From the NCBI GenBank assembly GCA_965658385.1, contig CBFHRY010000003.1, positions 1,743 to 55,592 on the forward strand: DNA of 53,850 nucleotides, written 5' to 3'. The notes beneath the pieces are model-generated. The model saw only the letters and a program-made list of their open reading frames with translations. It had not been told where the DNA came from and searched no databases. A program made the position numbers and the translations under genes. The DNA is from Gammaproteobacteria bacterium. GTDB taxonomy: Bacteria > Pseudomonadota > Gammaproteobacteria > Magnimaribacterales > D2472. This document shows, piece after piece, positions 27,088-37,058 of the stretch; position 1 is the stretch's first letter, and every line of letters starts with the position of its first letter.

Positions 27088-27707
27088 TGAAAAAAATCAG
27101 CTCAACTGTTTCTTCTAGTCAAATACCTCATGCTTTCAGAGCTTATAGGCCTAAAATCGTTCAATTTTTAGGAAAGTTATTATTAAAATTATTTGGATGG
27201 AAAGTTGAAGGCATGGTTCCTGAAATGGAAAAAAATGAAAACCTAGTTATTATTGCCGCTCCTCATACATCAAATTGGGATGGTATTTTTGGGTTTGCTG
27301 CAATAATAGGGCTTGACGCAAAAATATCTTACTTTGGCAAACACACTCTTTTTAAACAAATATTTTTAGGCCGCTTTTTAAAATATATGGGCGGAATACC
27401 CGTTGATAAAAATAATCCTGGCTCAGGATTGGTAAGAGAGGCTATTAATAATATGGAAAAATTAAAAGGCTCTCTTATAGCAATGGCTCCTGAAGGAACA
27501 AGATCAAAAACAGAGAAATGGAGAACGGGCTTCTTGAGAATAGCAGAAGCTGTTGATGCAAAAATTTTTGTAGCTGCTTTTGATTTTAAAACCAAAAGGA
27601 TAGTCTTAGATAAGTTCTTTCAGCCTAGTGATAATATGCAGAAAGACTTAGAAAGTTTAAAAACTTATTACAAACAATTCACTGCAAAAATACCAGAGAA
27701 TTTTTAG
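27087..27707 (+). CDS. lysophospholipid (1-acyl-sn-glycerol-3-phosphate) acyltransferase family protein
   Basis: HxxxxD motif (HTSNWD) and APEGTRS motif. ATGA overlap with the upstream gene. Confidence 0.8.
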   Translation: MKKISSTVSSSQIPHAFRAYRPKIVQFLGKLLLKLFGWKVEGMVPEMEKNENLVIIAAPHTSNWDGIFGFAAIIGLDAKISYFGKHTLFKQIFLGRFLKYMGGIPVDKNNPGSGLVREAINNMEKLKGSLIAMAPEGTRSKTEKWRTGFLRIAEAVDAKIFVAAFDFKTKRIVLDKFFQPSDNMQKDLESLKTYYKQFTAKIPENF

Positions 27708-29533
27708 GAATTTAGAGTCTCCTCAATCATCTCATCAACCTTTTGTTCAACAATAAATAGAGGCGGTATTCCATGATCCAAAACTGCTGAGTGGAAATCT
27801 TTGATATTAAATTTGTCACCAAGAGCATCCATAGCTTTTTTTCTAAGTTCTAAAATTTTGATCATTCCTACTTTATAGCTCAGGGCTTGGCCTGGCCAAA
27901 CTATATATCTTTCTATCTCAACCCTGCACTCAGTATCAGACATCCCTGTCTTTGTTTTCATATAATCTATTGCTTGCTCTCTTGTCCATTTTTTATAATG
28001 AATACCTGTATCAACCACTAATCTAACTGCCCTAAAAATCTCACTTTGTAATATACCTAGCTCATCATAAGGGTTTGGAGCCAGACCAGCTTCAAGCGCT
28101 AACTGCTCTGAGTAAAGAGCCCACCCCTCAGAAAAGGCTGAGGTTCTATAGCCAAAGTTTCTATATAAAGTAAGTTTTTCATTCTCCATAGAGTGGGCAA
28201 TTTGATGATGGTGTCCAGGAGTGGCCTCATGATAAGCGAGGGTTTTCATGCTGTATTTAGGAGTCTGTTTTATATCATAAAGATTTACATAGAATGCCCC
28301 TGGCCTACTTCCATCTAATGCAGGGGCCTGATAATAACCCCCTGGGGCTGTTTTTTCTGAATATTCAGGAACAGCTTTAACAACTACAGAAGCCTTCGGC
28401 ATAGTGTGAAAATAATCTTTTATACCTTCAGTAGCTTCATTAACCATATCCATATAGTCCTTAACAACAATATCTTTTCTGTCAGGAGTATCAGCATATA
28501 GGAAAGAGGGGTCTTCATTTAACTCATTCATTATTTCACCAGCTGATTTTTTAGGATCATAACCAAGGGAGTTCAGTATCTCTTTCATCCTAGAAGAAAT
28601 TCTAGCAACCTCACTTAAGCCAATGTTATGAATTTTTTCAGGACTATAGTCCGTAGTTGTGTATGACCTTATCATAAGCTTATAGTACTCATCACCATTT
28701 GGTTGCGACCAAATTCCATGATCAGGGTTTGCCTTATTTTTTGTTGCAACCATAAAATCTCTTAATAATACAAATCCAGGAGTCACACTATTTTCTATAG
28801 AATTTTTAAGAGCTGTATCAAGTTCAGCATAGTCACTATCAGAGATTTCAAGTAGAGTAATTTTTTTAATAAATTCTGTATACAGGGGATGTTCTTCGAA
28901 TGAATATGAAATAAATTCATTCAGCTGCTTTATCAAATGAGCATAAACAAAATCAGGAGCGTAAATTCCTTGAGCTGCCTGTCTTTCAAGCCAGTCAAGC
29001 TGGCCCTTGAAAACCTCATTAACCAGATCTGTTCTCTTCACAAAATCCCTGGCTTCATTAAGATTTCTTACAGGATGTTGATCGCTCATAAAGCTTATAA
29101 TGCTTTGATGTGCACCACGAACCTGATTCAAGGGGTAATCATGATAAGGAAATTCTTTTAATTCTTTAAGATTATTTTCAGTATCAAAAATAGCAATTTT
29201 CTTGGTAATTTTTTGTTCATCTGAAAGAGAAGCTGCTTTATATCTTCTTAAGATAGACAACCTGTTTTCCGTTTGTGAGATATCATTTTCAAGATCTTCT
29301 GAGCTGAGTATGGTGAGCTTTGAGTTATGTTTAGTTATATGACTAAATCTATCAAAAACACCTAAATAAGTTAGCAGTTCAGGTGAATCAACCAAGCTCA
29401 CAACTATCTCTTTGCCCAAATAGTGGTCTATTGATACAGGTTTCATAAAGAATAAATTACCAAGATAAAGGCTTGTTAATCCTGTAAAGAATGTTAGAAA
29501 TACCGCACAAATTTTTAATAATCTTTTAATCAT
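27704..29533 (-). CDS. DUF885 family protein (putative metallopeptidase fold)
   Basis: 609 aa with an N-terminal anchor. HEATPGHHHQ motif characteristic of DUF885. Confidence 0.8.
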   Translation of the reverse strand: MIKRLLKICAVFLTFFTGLTSLYLGNLFFMKPVSIDHYLGKEIVVSLVDSPELLTYLGVFDRFSHITKHNSKLTILSSEDLENDISQTENRLSILRRYKAASLSDEQKITKKIAIFDTENNLKELKEFPYHDYPLNQVRGAHQSIISFMSDQHPVRNLNEARDFVKRTDLVNEVFKGQLDWLERQAAQGIYAPDFVYAHLIKQLNEFISYSFEEHPLYTEFIKKITLLEISDSDYAELDTALKNSIENSVTPGFVLLRDFMVATKNKANPDHGIWSQPNGDEYYKLMIRSYTTTDYSPEKIHNIGLSEVARISSRMKEILNSLGYDPKKSAGEIMNELNEDPSFLYADTPDRKDIVVKDYMDMVNEATEGIKDYFHTMPKASVVVKAVPEYSEKTAPGGYYQAPALDGSRPGAFYVNLYDIKQTPKYSMKTLAYHEATPGHHHQIAHSMENEKLTLYRNFGYRTSAFSEGWALYSEQLALEAGLAPNPYDELGILQSEIFRAVRLVVDTGIHYKKWTREQAIDYMKTKTGMSDTECRVEIERYIVWPGQALSYKVGMIKILELRKKAMDALGDKFNIKDFHSAVLDHGIPPLFIVEQKVDEMIEETLNS

Positions 29534-29547
29534 ATAAATACTCCAAT

Positions 29548-29600
29548 ATGCAGATTATATTACATGCTTGAGCATATATACGTATCGACATAATCTGCAT
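29548..29600. promoter_or_regulatory. nested inverted repeats in a divergent promoter region
   Basis: Perfect 11-nt arms atgcagattat (29548-29558) and ataatctgcat (29590-29600), with an inner atgct-tg-agcat palindrome. Lies between the DUF885 (-) and crotonase (+) genes. Confidence 0.45.
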
Positions 29601-29644
29601 TAGAAGATAAAGTTTAAGTATATTAATTTTTACAGGTATTTTTT

Positions 29645-30340
29645 ATGAATAGCCCTAAAGCAATTCTTACAAAAGAGGGAGAAGTATCAACCATTACACT
29701 TAATGATGGAAAAGCAAATGTTTTCTCGCCAGCAATGATTAAAGATGTTAATAGCTGCTTGGACAATGTGCCAAGTGATTCTGGCTGTTTGGTTATTAGG
29801 GGGTCGAAGGGAATGTTTTCAGCAGGCTTTGATTTAAAAATCATTGGTTCCGGGGATGTTGACGCTATTAAAAGCATGTCTAAGAGTGGTTTTGAAATGC
29901 TGTCGCGGATCCTTGATTTTCCAAGGCCGGTAATAGCAGCTTGCACAGGTCATGGGATAGCACTTGGAACTTTTTTATTATGTTGTTGTGATTATAGGAT
30001 TGGTCTTAAAGGAGACTACATGATCGGAGCCAATGAAATGAGAACAAACATGGTTATACCAATCCCAATACTTGAATTGATAAAATTTAGGGTCTCCCAA
30101 GCCCATAAATATAGAGCAATACTTGGAGGCACAATATATCCAATTAGTGAAGCAGTTGAAGCCGGCTTAATAGATGAAGTTGTTGATGAAGAGATCTTTG
30201 AAGAAAAACTCAGTGAAAAAGTAAAAGACTTAGCAACTATGGGGCACCCAAGTTACTCAATGACAAAAGAGCTTTTTATTGGTGAGGTTTCAGAAAAAAT
30301 TAAAAATGCATTAAAAGAAGCAACTATAGAAACTAACTAG
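29645..30340 (+). CDS. enoyl-CoA hydratase/isomerase (crotonase) family protein
   Basis: FSAGFDLK oxyanion-hole region and overall crotonase pattern. Confidence 0.8.
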   Translation: MNSPKAILTKEGEVSTITLNDGKANVFSPAMIKDVNSCLDNVPSDSGCLVIRGSKGMFSAGFDLKIIGSGDVDAIKSMSKSGFEMLSRILDFPRPVIAACTGHGIALGTFLLCCCDYRIGLKGDYMIGANEMRTNMVIPIPILELIKFRVSQAHKYRAILGGTIYPISEAVEAGLIDEVVDEEIFEEKLSEKVKDLATMGHPSYSMTKELFIGEVSEKIKNALKEATIETN

Positions 30341-30354
30341 CCATTCTAATCTTC

Positions 30355-30864
30355 ATGTCAGAATCTATTAAAATAGATGAGCTAAGCTTTCCTTACAATA
30401 ACAAGGATATTCTTTCAATTTACTCTATCAATCAAGCTAACACCCCAGAAGTCGGCAGCCTTAAATCTGTTGAAAAGTTAAAAGAGCTCTTAAATATGGC
30501 TTCCTTAATCTTAGCAGCCAGGATAAATAATGAGATTATTGGCTTTGTTGTATGCTTAGAAGCTGGAGCAGCTTATACATCCTTAAACTATAAATTCATA
30601 AGCAAGAAAGCAAAAAAATTTGTTTATATTGATAGGATTGCAATAAAAAATCAGCACAGAAGATCAGGGGTAGGCAAAAGTTTATATGAGATAATTTTTA
30701 ATTATTCTGAAAAATTTGAGCTGCCAATTTACTGCGAAGTTAACACAAAACCAAAAAACCAACCCTCCCTAGACTTCCATAAAAAAATTGGATTCAACAA
30801 AATAGGGAGCAAGGATTTCAATGATCACTCTGTCGCCTATTTTTCAAAAATATTTTGCGACTAA
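30355..30864 (+). CDS. GNAT family N-acetyltransferase
   Basis: Acetyl-CoA binding motif HRRSGVGKSL. Confidence 0.8.
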   Translation: MSESIKIDELSFPYNNKDILSIYSINQANTPEVGSLKSVEKLKELLNMASLILAARINNEIIGFVVCLEAGAAYTSLNYKFISKKAKKFVYIDRIAIKNQHRRSGVGKSLYEIIFNYSEKFELPIYCEVNTKPKNQPSLDFHKKIGFNKIGSKDFNDHSVAYFSKIFCD

Positions 30865-30927
30865 AAGTATATATTATTTACATACGATAAATACTAGATA
30901 TTAACTAACTAATATTAAGCTTTAGTT

Positions 30928-31773
30928 ATGGAAACAACACTATTTGCAAAAACAATGATAATTTTGTGCGGCCAATTACTAATCGTATTTGGTTTAGCTT
31001 TTTATGTATTAAGAGGCGCAAAATTAGCATATCAAAATAATACTAAATTCATGGGATTCTCTTACAGAGGAGCAATGAACCTAAAAAGAGAGCTAGATTT
31101 AATACCTTATATTGAACGAAAGGAAGATTATCCTAGAGAGATGTTTCATCCTGAAAATGAAAATAATGAAACCCCAAATGTTTATGTAGTCAATGAAGAA
31201 AAAAGAAATGAATTTTTAAAAAAGGGCTACAAAGACTGCGAGCCATCAAATAAATTTTTTAATGCCCTGTTTTTGCCATGGGTTATTCTCCTTTTTTCAA
31301 CAGTATTTGTGGGTGCTTTATCCGTTCAAATAGGAATGTTTGCTTTTACTGCACAAAGTATTTTATTTGGATTAATCCTTGGCATGCTTTTTCTAGACAT
31401 GGATGAGAATGATGGAATCAGAGCTCTTAAAATAACTCTTCTGGCAACAATTTTTTGTGGTTTCGTAGGATATAGTGATATTGGCCAGGCTTTAAACTCA
31501 TCAGGCTATGTCCATGCCTTCTTATTTTTTGGATTGTTGGGCTTAATAATATTTGAATTCTCAAGAACTACATTTAAGTTTTCAAGAAATACAATAAGAG
31601 CAAAGGCTTTCTTTGGTATCGGACTTTTTATTTTATTTCTTTTCGTTGATTTCGCTCGTTTAAAAGAGCTATCTGACTCTTCAAATGATTGGTCAACGGC
31701 TTTTGACATAGCACTTAATTTATATTTAGATATTATTAATCTTCTATTGGAAATTTTAGAAGCAATGGATTGA
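30928..31773 (+). CDS. membrane protein, distant Bax-inhibitor-1/YccA-like
   Basis: Multi-TM. C-terminal ALNLYLDIINLLLEIL resembles the BI-1 family C-terminus. An unusual soluble insert of about 60 aa follows TM1. Confidence 0.5.
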   Translation: METTLFAKTMIILCGQLLIVFGLAFYVLRGAKLAYQNNTKFMGFSYRGAMNLKRELDLIPYIERKEDYPREMFHPENENNETPNVYVVNEEKRNEFLKKGYKDCEPSNKFFNALFLPWVILLFSTVFVGALSVQIGMFAFTAQSILFGLILGMLFLDMDENDGIRALKITLLATIFCGFVGYSDIGQALNSSGYVHAFLFFGLLGLIIFEFSRTTFKFSRNTIRAKAFFGIGLFILFLFVDFARLKELSDSSNDWSTAFDIALNLYLDIINLLLEILEAMD

Positions 31774-31792
31774 TCTTAAAGGAGAAAAAATA

Positions 31793-31984
31793 ATGGCAAC
31801 ATATGAATGTAATAAATGCGGAATGTCTGTAAATGCAACATGTGGAAAGTGTGACATACCACTTCAAAATGGAATGTTGGACTTAGATGACGGAACCCAG
31901 GTGCAGATATCGGAATGCCCAAACGGCCACGGAAAAATTAAATCACCTCTTTGTTGCGGAAGTGATATGACTTGCGCTATTTAG
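31793..31984 (+). CDS. small cysteine-rich (zinc-ribbon-like) protein
   Basis: 63 aa with 8 Cys (CNKC, CGKC, C42, CC, C61). Strong AAAGGAG Shine-Dalgarno sequence. Confidence 0.65.
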   Translation: MATYECNKCGMSVNATCGKCDIPLQNGMLDLDDGTQVQISECPNGHGKIKSPLCCGSDMTCAI

Positions 31985-32682
31985 AAATTTAACTGATAGC
32001 CTATTTTAAAGATATTATCTGTTACCTTGCTCGTGCTTGTTTCTATAACCAATGCGCTTCTTTTGCTTACATTATAAGTAGCAACAAAGCCAAACTTTTG
32101 ATCAGTTTCATCGTCTAAAAGATAAGTTACTTGAGAGGTCTCAAAAGCAGTACAAACTAGATTTGGAGGACATTCTTGCTGAACAATTTCAGTTTCTTTT
32201 GAAAAATCTACATACATTTTTCCCTCCCAGCCATTACTGTCTCCAAATCTTAAACCAGCAATTACATTTGCTTGAGTATCGCTTTCAGAAAAACTTGTTT
32301 GGTTCTCAATATCTGTAGCTTTTATTCCAAGTTCTAAGAAAACATCCATAAAGTTTTCAATTTTAAGAGACACATTTCCAACGGAAACTGAGTTAAGCAC
32401 ATCACCTATGCCTACATGAGCTCCTATTCTTAAGGCCTTGGTAAATTTATCATATTCTTCAGTATCAACATCTACGCCGTCAGCTTTTGCTTCAGCAACC
32501 AGATATAAAGGACCAGGCAAAGCAAGGGATAGCTTTCCTTCTATACCTGAATCTTCTCCGTTGAATGCATGAAGTCCAAACGAGGTATATCTGTAATCAT
32601 TTGGATCTCGATCAAGCCTCCCATCCTCAGAAAAAAGATTTAGTGTAAATAAGGCCAAGAAAAAGATTTTGTAAGTTTTCAT
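31981..32682 (-). CDS. outer-membrane beta-barrel protein (porin-family-like)
   Basis: Signal peptide, alternating beta-strand pattern, and a C-terminal aromatic ending YQLNF. Confidence 0.65.
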   Translation of the reverse strand: MKTYKIFFLALFTLNLFSEDGRLDRDPNDYRYTSFGLHAFNGEDSGIEGKLSLALPGPLYLVAEAKADGVDVDTEEYDKFTKALRIGAHVGIGDVLNSVSVGNVSLKIENFMDVFLELGIKATDIENQTSFSESDTQANVIAGLRFGDSNGWEGKMYVDFSKETEIVQQECPPNLVCTAFETSQVTYLLDDETDQKFGFVATYNVSKRSALVIETSTSKVTDNIFKIGYQLNF

Positions 32683-32740
32683 AAAATTATATTATCAGAG
32701 GAGGAGATGCATGAACATGTATTAATTTCAAAAGCTATTG

Positions 32741-34531
32741 CTATGTTCGAACTCTTCCTTTTTTCCTTAGTCTAATTGATTCGGGAGTAACCTCAACAAG
32801 CTCATCATCTTCAATGAATTCTAATGCTTGCTCTAGAGTATGATTGATATGTGGTACTAAAATTAAGTTCTCATCAGTTCCAGCTGCTCTGATGTTGGTA
32901 AGTTGTTTTGCTTTAGTTGGATTGACTGGAAGATCATTGTCTCTTGAATGTAAACCAACAATTTGACCAACATAGACTTCTTTGCCATGCCCTAAGAACA
33001 ATTTACCTCTATTCTGTAAATTAAATAATGCATATGACAACGTTTTGCCAGCCATCATTGAATACATAACGCCATTTATTCTTTTTGCAATTTCTCCATT
33101 TTTAACCGGCCCATAATGATCAAAAACGCTTGTCATGATACCTGTTCCACTTGTAATGGTTAAGAAATGTGACCTAAAACCTATTATTCCTCTTGAAGGA
33201 GCAATAAATTCTAATTTTACTCTTCCCTTTCCATCAGGCTCCATGCTTTGCAGCTCAGCTTTTCTGGGCCCAAGCTCTTCCATAATTGCACCTTGATGAA
33301 TTTCTTCTACATCAATTACTATTTGCTCATACGGCTCATGAATCTCACCGTCAATCTCTCTTTGAACAACTTGAGGTTTAGATATAGCAAGCTCAAATCC
33401 TTCTCTTCTCATAGTTTCAATAAGCACTGAAAGATGGAGCTCGCCTCTGCCTGAAACTATGAATTTATCTGGGCTATCACCGGCAACAACTTTCAAAGCA
33501 ACATTAGATATAAGCTCTTTATCAAGTCTTTCTTTAATATTCCTAGATGTTACATATTTGCCCTCTCTTCCAGCAAAAGGAGAGTCATTAACTTGAAAAG
33601 TCATACTAACAGTAGGCTCATCTACAGATAAAGCAGGCAATGCATCAACTGCAGATGGGTCGCATAAGGTATCTGAAATATTTAACTTATCTATACCGGT
33701 AATGCATACAATAGAACCTGCATCTGCCCTAGAAACTTCAATTCTATCTAGACCTTCATACCCCATAACTTGAAGCACTTTGCCCTTTCTAGTTTCTCCG
33801 TGTCTACTAACAATAACAACTTGATCATTTGGTTTTACTGAACCTTGTTTAATCCTTCCAATGCCAATAACTCCAACATAGCTATTGCTATCTAATGCAC
33901 TGATTTGAAGTTGAAGTGGCCCATTCGCATTAACCTCAGGGGCAGGAACTTTTTCAAGTATCATTTGCATTAAGGGCTTCATATTTTTTGTCATTTCTTC
34001 TGGTTCTAGACCGGCAATGCCCTCTATTGCAGACGCATAAACTACAGGAAAATCTAATTGCTCATCAGTTGCTCCAAGCCTATCAAACAAATCAAATACT
34101 TGATCTAATACCCAGTGCGGCCTAGCATCTGGCCTATCGATCTTATTAATAACAACTATTGGTTTCAAACCTTTCTCAAAAGCTTTTTGAGTTACAAATC
34201 TAGTTTGTGGCATAGGCCCATCAACGGCATCAACCAAAAGAAGGACGGAGTCCACCATTGATAGCGCTCTTTCAACCTCACCACCAAAATCCGCATGTCC
34301 AGGGGTATCAACAATATTAATTAAATGGTCATCCCACTTAATAGACGTATTTTTTGCAGTTATTGTTATGCCTCTTTCTTTCTCTTGATCATTTGAATCC
34401 ATGATTCTTTCTGAATCCATATTTTTTCTATCAAGGGTTCCAGACTGTTGAAGCAGCTTATCAACAAGTGTTGTTTTGCCATGATCAACATGAGCAATAA
34501 TTGCAATATTTCTAATTTTGTTAATGTCCAT
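32741..34531 (-). CDS. typA: translational GTPase TypA/BipA
   Basis: [26 protein letters not shown] and NKIDR motifs. Full-length conservation. Confidence 0.97.
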   Translation of the reverse strand: MDINKIRNIAIIAHVDHGKTTLVDKLLQQSGTLDRKNMDSERIMDSNDQEKERGITITAKNTSIKWDDHLINIVDTPGHADFGGEVERALSMVDSVLLLVDAVDGPMPQTRFVTQKAFEKGLKPIVVINKIDRPDARPHWVLDQVFDLFDRLGATDEQLDFPVVYASAIEGIAGLEPEEMTKNMKPLMQMILEKVPAPEVNANGPLQLQISALDSNSYVGVIGIGRIKQGSVKPNDQVVIVSRHGETRKGKVLQVMGYEGLDRIEVSRADAGSIVCITGIDKLNISDTLCDPSAVDALPALSVDEPTVSMTFQVNDSPFAGREGKYVTSRNIKERLDKELISNVALKVVAGDSPDKFIVSGRGELHLSVLIETMRREGFELAISKPQVVQREIDGEIHEPYEQIVIDVEEIHQGAIMEELGPRKAELQSMEPDGKGRVKLEFIAPSRGIIGFRSHFLTITSGTGIMTSVFDHYGPVKNGEIAKRINGVMYSMMAGKTLSYALFNLQNRGKLFLGHGKEVYVGQIVGLHSRDNDLPVNPTKAKQLTNIRAAGTDENLILVPHINHTLEQALEFIEDDELVEVTPESIRLRKKGRVRT

Positions 34532-34571
34532 GTGATTTGTATGTTGAAAAGGTGATGATTATAATCTTAAA

Positions 34572-35849
34572 ATGAAAAAATTATCTGTTTTCTTGCTTCT
34601 TCTCTCATCTTTTGTGGTTGCTGATCTAAAGGTAGAGCTAGATAGTGAACTCAATCCTCTAATGAAAAAGGTTATATCATGGAGACATAACCTGCATCAA
34701 TATCCAGAGCTTAGCAATCGAGAATATAAAACATCAAAAAAAGTTGCTACACACCTTCAGTCTTTAGGTATAGAAGTAGAGACCGGTATCGCTTACACGG
34801 GTGTTGTCGGTTTAATTAAAGGGGGTTTGCCAGGGCCAACAATTGCACTTAGGGCTGATATGGATGCTTTGCCCGTTGAAGAAAAAACAGGGCTACCTTT
34901 TGCTTCAAAAGAGAGAGCAAAATATCTAGGCCAGAACGTTGGTGTGATGCATGCATGCGGTCACGATGCTCATGTTGCAATATTAATGGGAGTGGCAGAG
35001 TTTTTAGCTAAAAATAAAGAAAACCTCGAAGGCAATATTATGCTTATATTTCAGCCTGCTGAAGAAGGGCCCCCAGAGGGTGAGAATGGTGGTGCTAAAA
35101 TGATGCTAGAGGAAGGGATATTTGATAGATATAATCCTGAGGTTATTTTTGGGTTGCATGTGGGAAATGGGCCACATGGATATGTTGGATTAACTCCCGG
35201 TCCCGCAATGGCGGCTGCATCAGCTTATAGGATTACCATAAAAGGTGTTCAAGCTCATGGATCAAGGCCATGGGACTCAATAGATCCTATCATGGCGACA
35301 TCTCAATTAATTGAAGGGCTTAATACTATTGTTAGCAGAAGAATAAATATAATTAACAACCCAGCAGTTGTTTCTGTTGGAACAGTTAAAGCAGGAACAA
35401 GAAACAATATTATCCCAGAAGAATCAGAGATAATGGGCACAATAAGAACCTTTGATCCAGAGCTAAGAGCTGAAATATATGATGAAATAAGACAAATAGC
35501 AGCGGGGGTTGCTTTGGGCACTAGCGCAGAAATAGATGTTGAATTTGATGTTGGAGGGTTTTACCCAGTCACATTTAATAATCTAGATCTTGTTGAAAAA
35601 TTATCACCCTCATTAAAAGAAGCAACCAATAATAAGTTTGCAATTAATAACTCTCCATCTACAGGCGCAGAAGATTTTTCTTACTTTTCGCAGGAAATAC
35701 CTGGATTATATTTTTGGCTAGGAGTAAATGCACCTGGTGTCATGGAGGCGCCTGGCAATCACTCTCCATACTTTGTAGTAGATGATGGGGCTTTAGACGA
35801 AGGTCTAAAATCTTTAGTATATCTGGTGCTAGACTACCCAAAACACTAA
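34572..35849 (+). CDS. M20D-family amidohydrolase (N-acyl-amino-acid / hippurate hydrolase-like), secreted
   Basis: Signal peptide. MHACGHDAH metal-binding motif. Confidence 0.85.
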   Translation: MKKLSVFLLLLSSFVVADLKVELDSELNPLMKKVISWRHNLHQYPELSNREYKTSKKVATHLQSLGIEVETGIAYTGVVGLIKGGLPGPTIALRADMDALPVEEKTGLPFASKERAKYLGQNVGVMHACGHDAHVAILMGVAEFLAKNKENLEGNIMLIFQPAEEGPPEGENGGAKMMLEEGIFDRYNPEVIFGLHVGNGPHGYVGLTPGPAMAAASAYRITIKGVQAHGSRPWDSIDPIMATSQLIEGLNTIVSRRINIINNPAVVSVGTVKAGTRNNIIPEESEIMGTIRTFDPELRAEIYDEIRQIAAGVALGTSAEIDVEFDVGGFYPVTFNNLDLVEKLSPSLKEATNNKFAINNSPSTGAEDFSYFSQEIPGLYFWLGVNAPGVMEAPGNHSPYFVVDDGALDEGLKSLVYLVLDYPKH

Positions 35850-35893
35850 ACAAACAATATACAATTAATTTAATTTTTTTTAAGGAGTAAATT

Positions 35894-36859
35894 TTGCCAA
35901 TTCCAAATCACATTAAAGACAACCTTTCTATCCCAGTAATTGGATCGCCGCTATTTTTAGTATCAGGACCAGAGTTAGTCATAGCTCAGTGTAAGGCAGG
36001 AATTATAGGTTCATTTCCAGCACTAAATGCTAGACCGCAGCATGTCCTTGAGGAATGGATTGTTCGAATTAAAACCGAGCTGGCTAAATATCAGGCAGAA
36101 AACCCTGATGCCAAAGTTGCGCCTTTTGCAGTTAATCAGATCTGCCATGGATCTAATGACAGGCTTGCAGATGATATGGCGACATGCGTTAAGCATGAGG
36201 TGCCTATAATTATTACTTCTTTAAGACCACCTGCAGAACTTGTTGAGGCTGCTCATAGCTATGGAGGACTTGTTTACCATGATGTTATTAATGTAAGGCA
36301 TGCAAAAAAAGCAGTGGAGCAAGGTGTCGATGGGTTAATTTTGGTTTGCGCTGGAGCAGGGGGTCATGCAGGAGCCTTATCTCCTTTTGCTCTGCTAAGA
36401 GAAGTTAAAGAGTGGTTTGATGGCACTGTAATACTTTCAGGCTCAATAGGGGATGGTTATTCTGTTGCCGCTTCGTTGGCGCTCGGGGCAGACTTTGCAT
36501 ATATGGGGACAAGATTTATTGCAACAAAAGAGGCGAATGCAGATCCTGAATACAAAAAAATGCTAGAAGAAAGCGTTGCTGACGACATTGTTTATTCATC
36601 ATTATTTACTGGCGTTCACGGCAATTATTTAAAGCCTTCTATATCAAATGCTGGCATGGATCCAGACAATCTTCCATCTGCTGACAAATCTTCCATGAAT
36701 TTTGGCTCAGGTGGTAATACAAAATCTAAAGCATGGAAAGATATTTGGGGCTCAGGCCAAGGTATTGGTAGAATATATGATTCTCCTCCTGTTTCAGAAC
36801 TGGTTGATAGAATTAAAGCCGAGTATGAACAAGCAAAAGAGGAGCTTAATAGTAAATAA
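35894..36859 (+). CDS. nitronate monooxygenase (NMO / 2-nitropropane dioxygenase family)
   Basis: TTG start 6 nt after AAGGAG. GAGGHAG and YMGTRF motifs. Confidence 0.85.
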   Translation: MPIPNHIKDNLSIPVIGSPLFLVSGPELVIAQCKAGIIGSFPALNARPQHVLEEWIVRIKTELAKYQAENPDAKVAPFAVNQICHGSNDRLADDMATCVKHEVPIIITSLRPPAELVEAAHSYGGLVYHDVINVRHAKKAVEQGVDGLILVCAGAGGHAGALSPFALLREVKEWFDGTVILSGSIGDGYSVAASLALGADFAYMGTRFIATKEANADPEYKKMLEESVADDIVYSSLFTGVHGNYLKPSISNAGMDPDNLPSADKSSMNFGSGGNTKSKAWKDIWGSGQGIGRIYDSPPVSELVDRIKAEYEQAKEELNSK

Positions 36860-36876
36860 AAATATTTTTAAAAATA

Positions 36877-37053
36877 ATGATTAATACATTTATTTTAGTA
36901 ACTTTAATAATTTCATCAGCGATATCGATAGTCGTTTTATTGAATATTTCAAAGAAAGGCAAAGAGGGCTCTAAAGGCATCACTGATGAATATACGTCAG
37001 AGGCCGGCGTTAAAAGAACAGCAAAAAGAGACAGATCCGATCATATTGTTTAG
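36877..37053 (+). CDS. possible 58-aa single-pass membrane protein (not in the ORF track)
   Basis: Hand translation: MINTFILVTLIISSAISIVVLLNISKKGKEGSKGITDEYTSEAGVKRTAKRDRSDHIV-stop. Fills an otherwise empty 200-nt gap. Confidence 0.35.
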   Translation: MINTFILVTLIISSAISIVVLLNISKKGKEGSKGITDEYTSEAGVKRTAKRDRSDHIV

Positions 37054-37058
37054 ACGAA

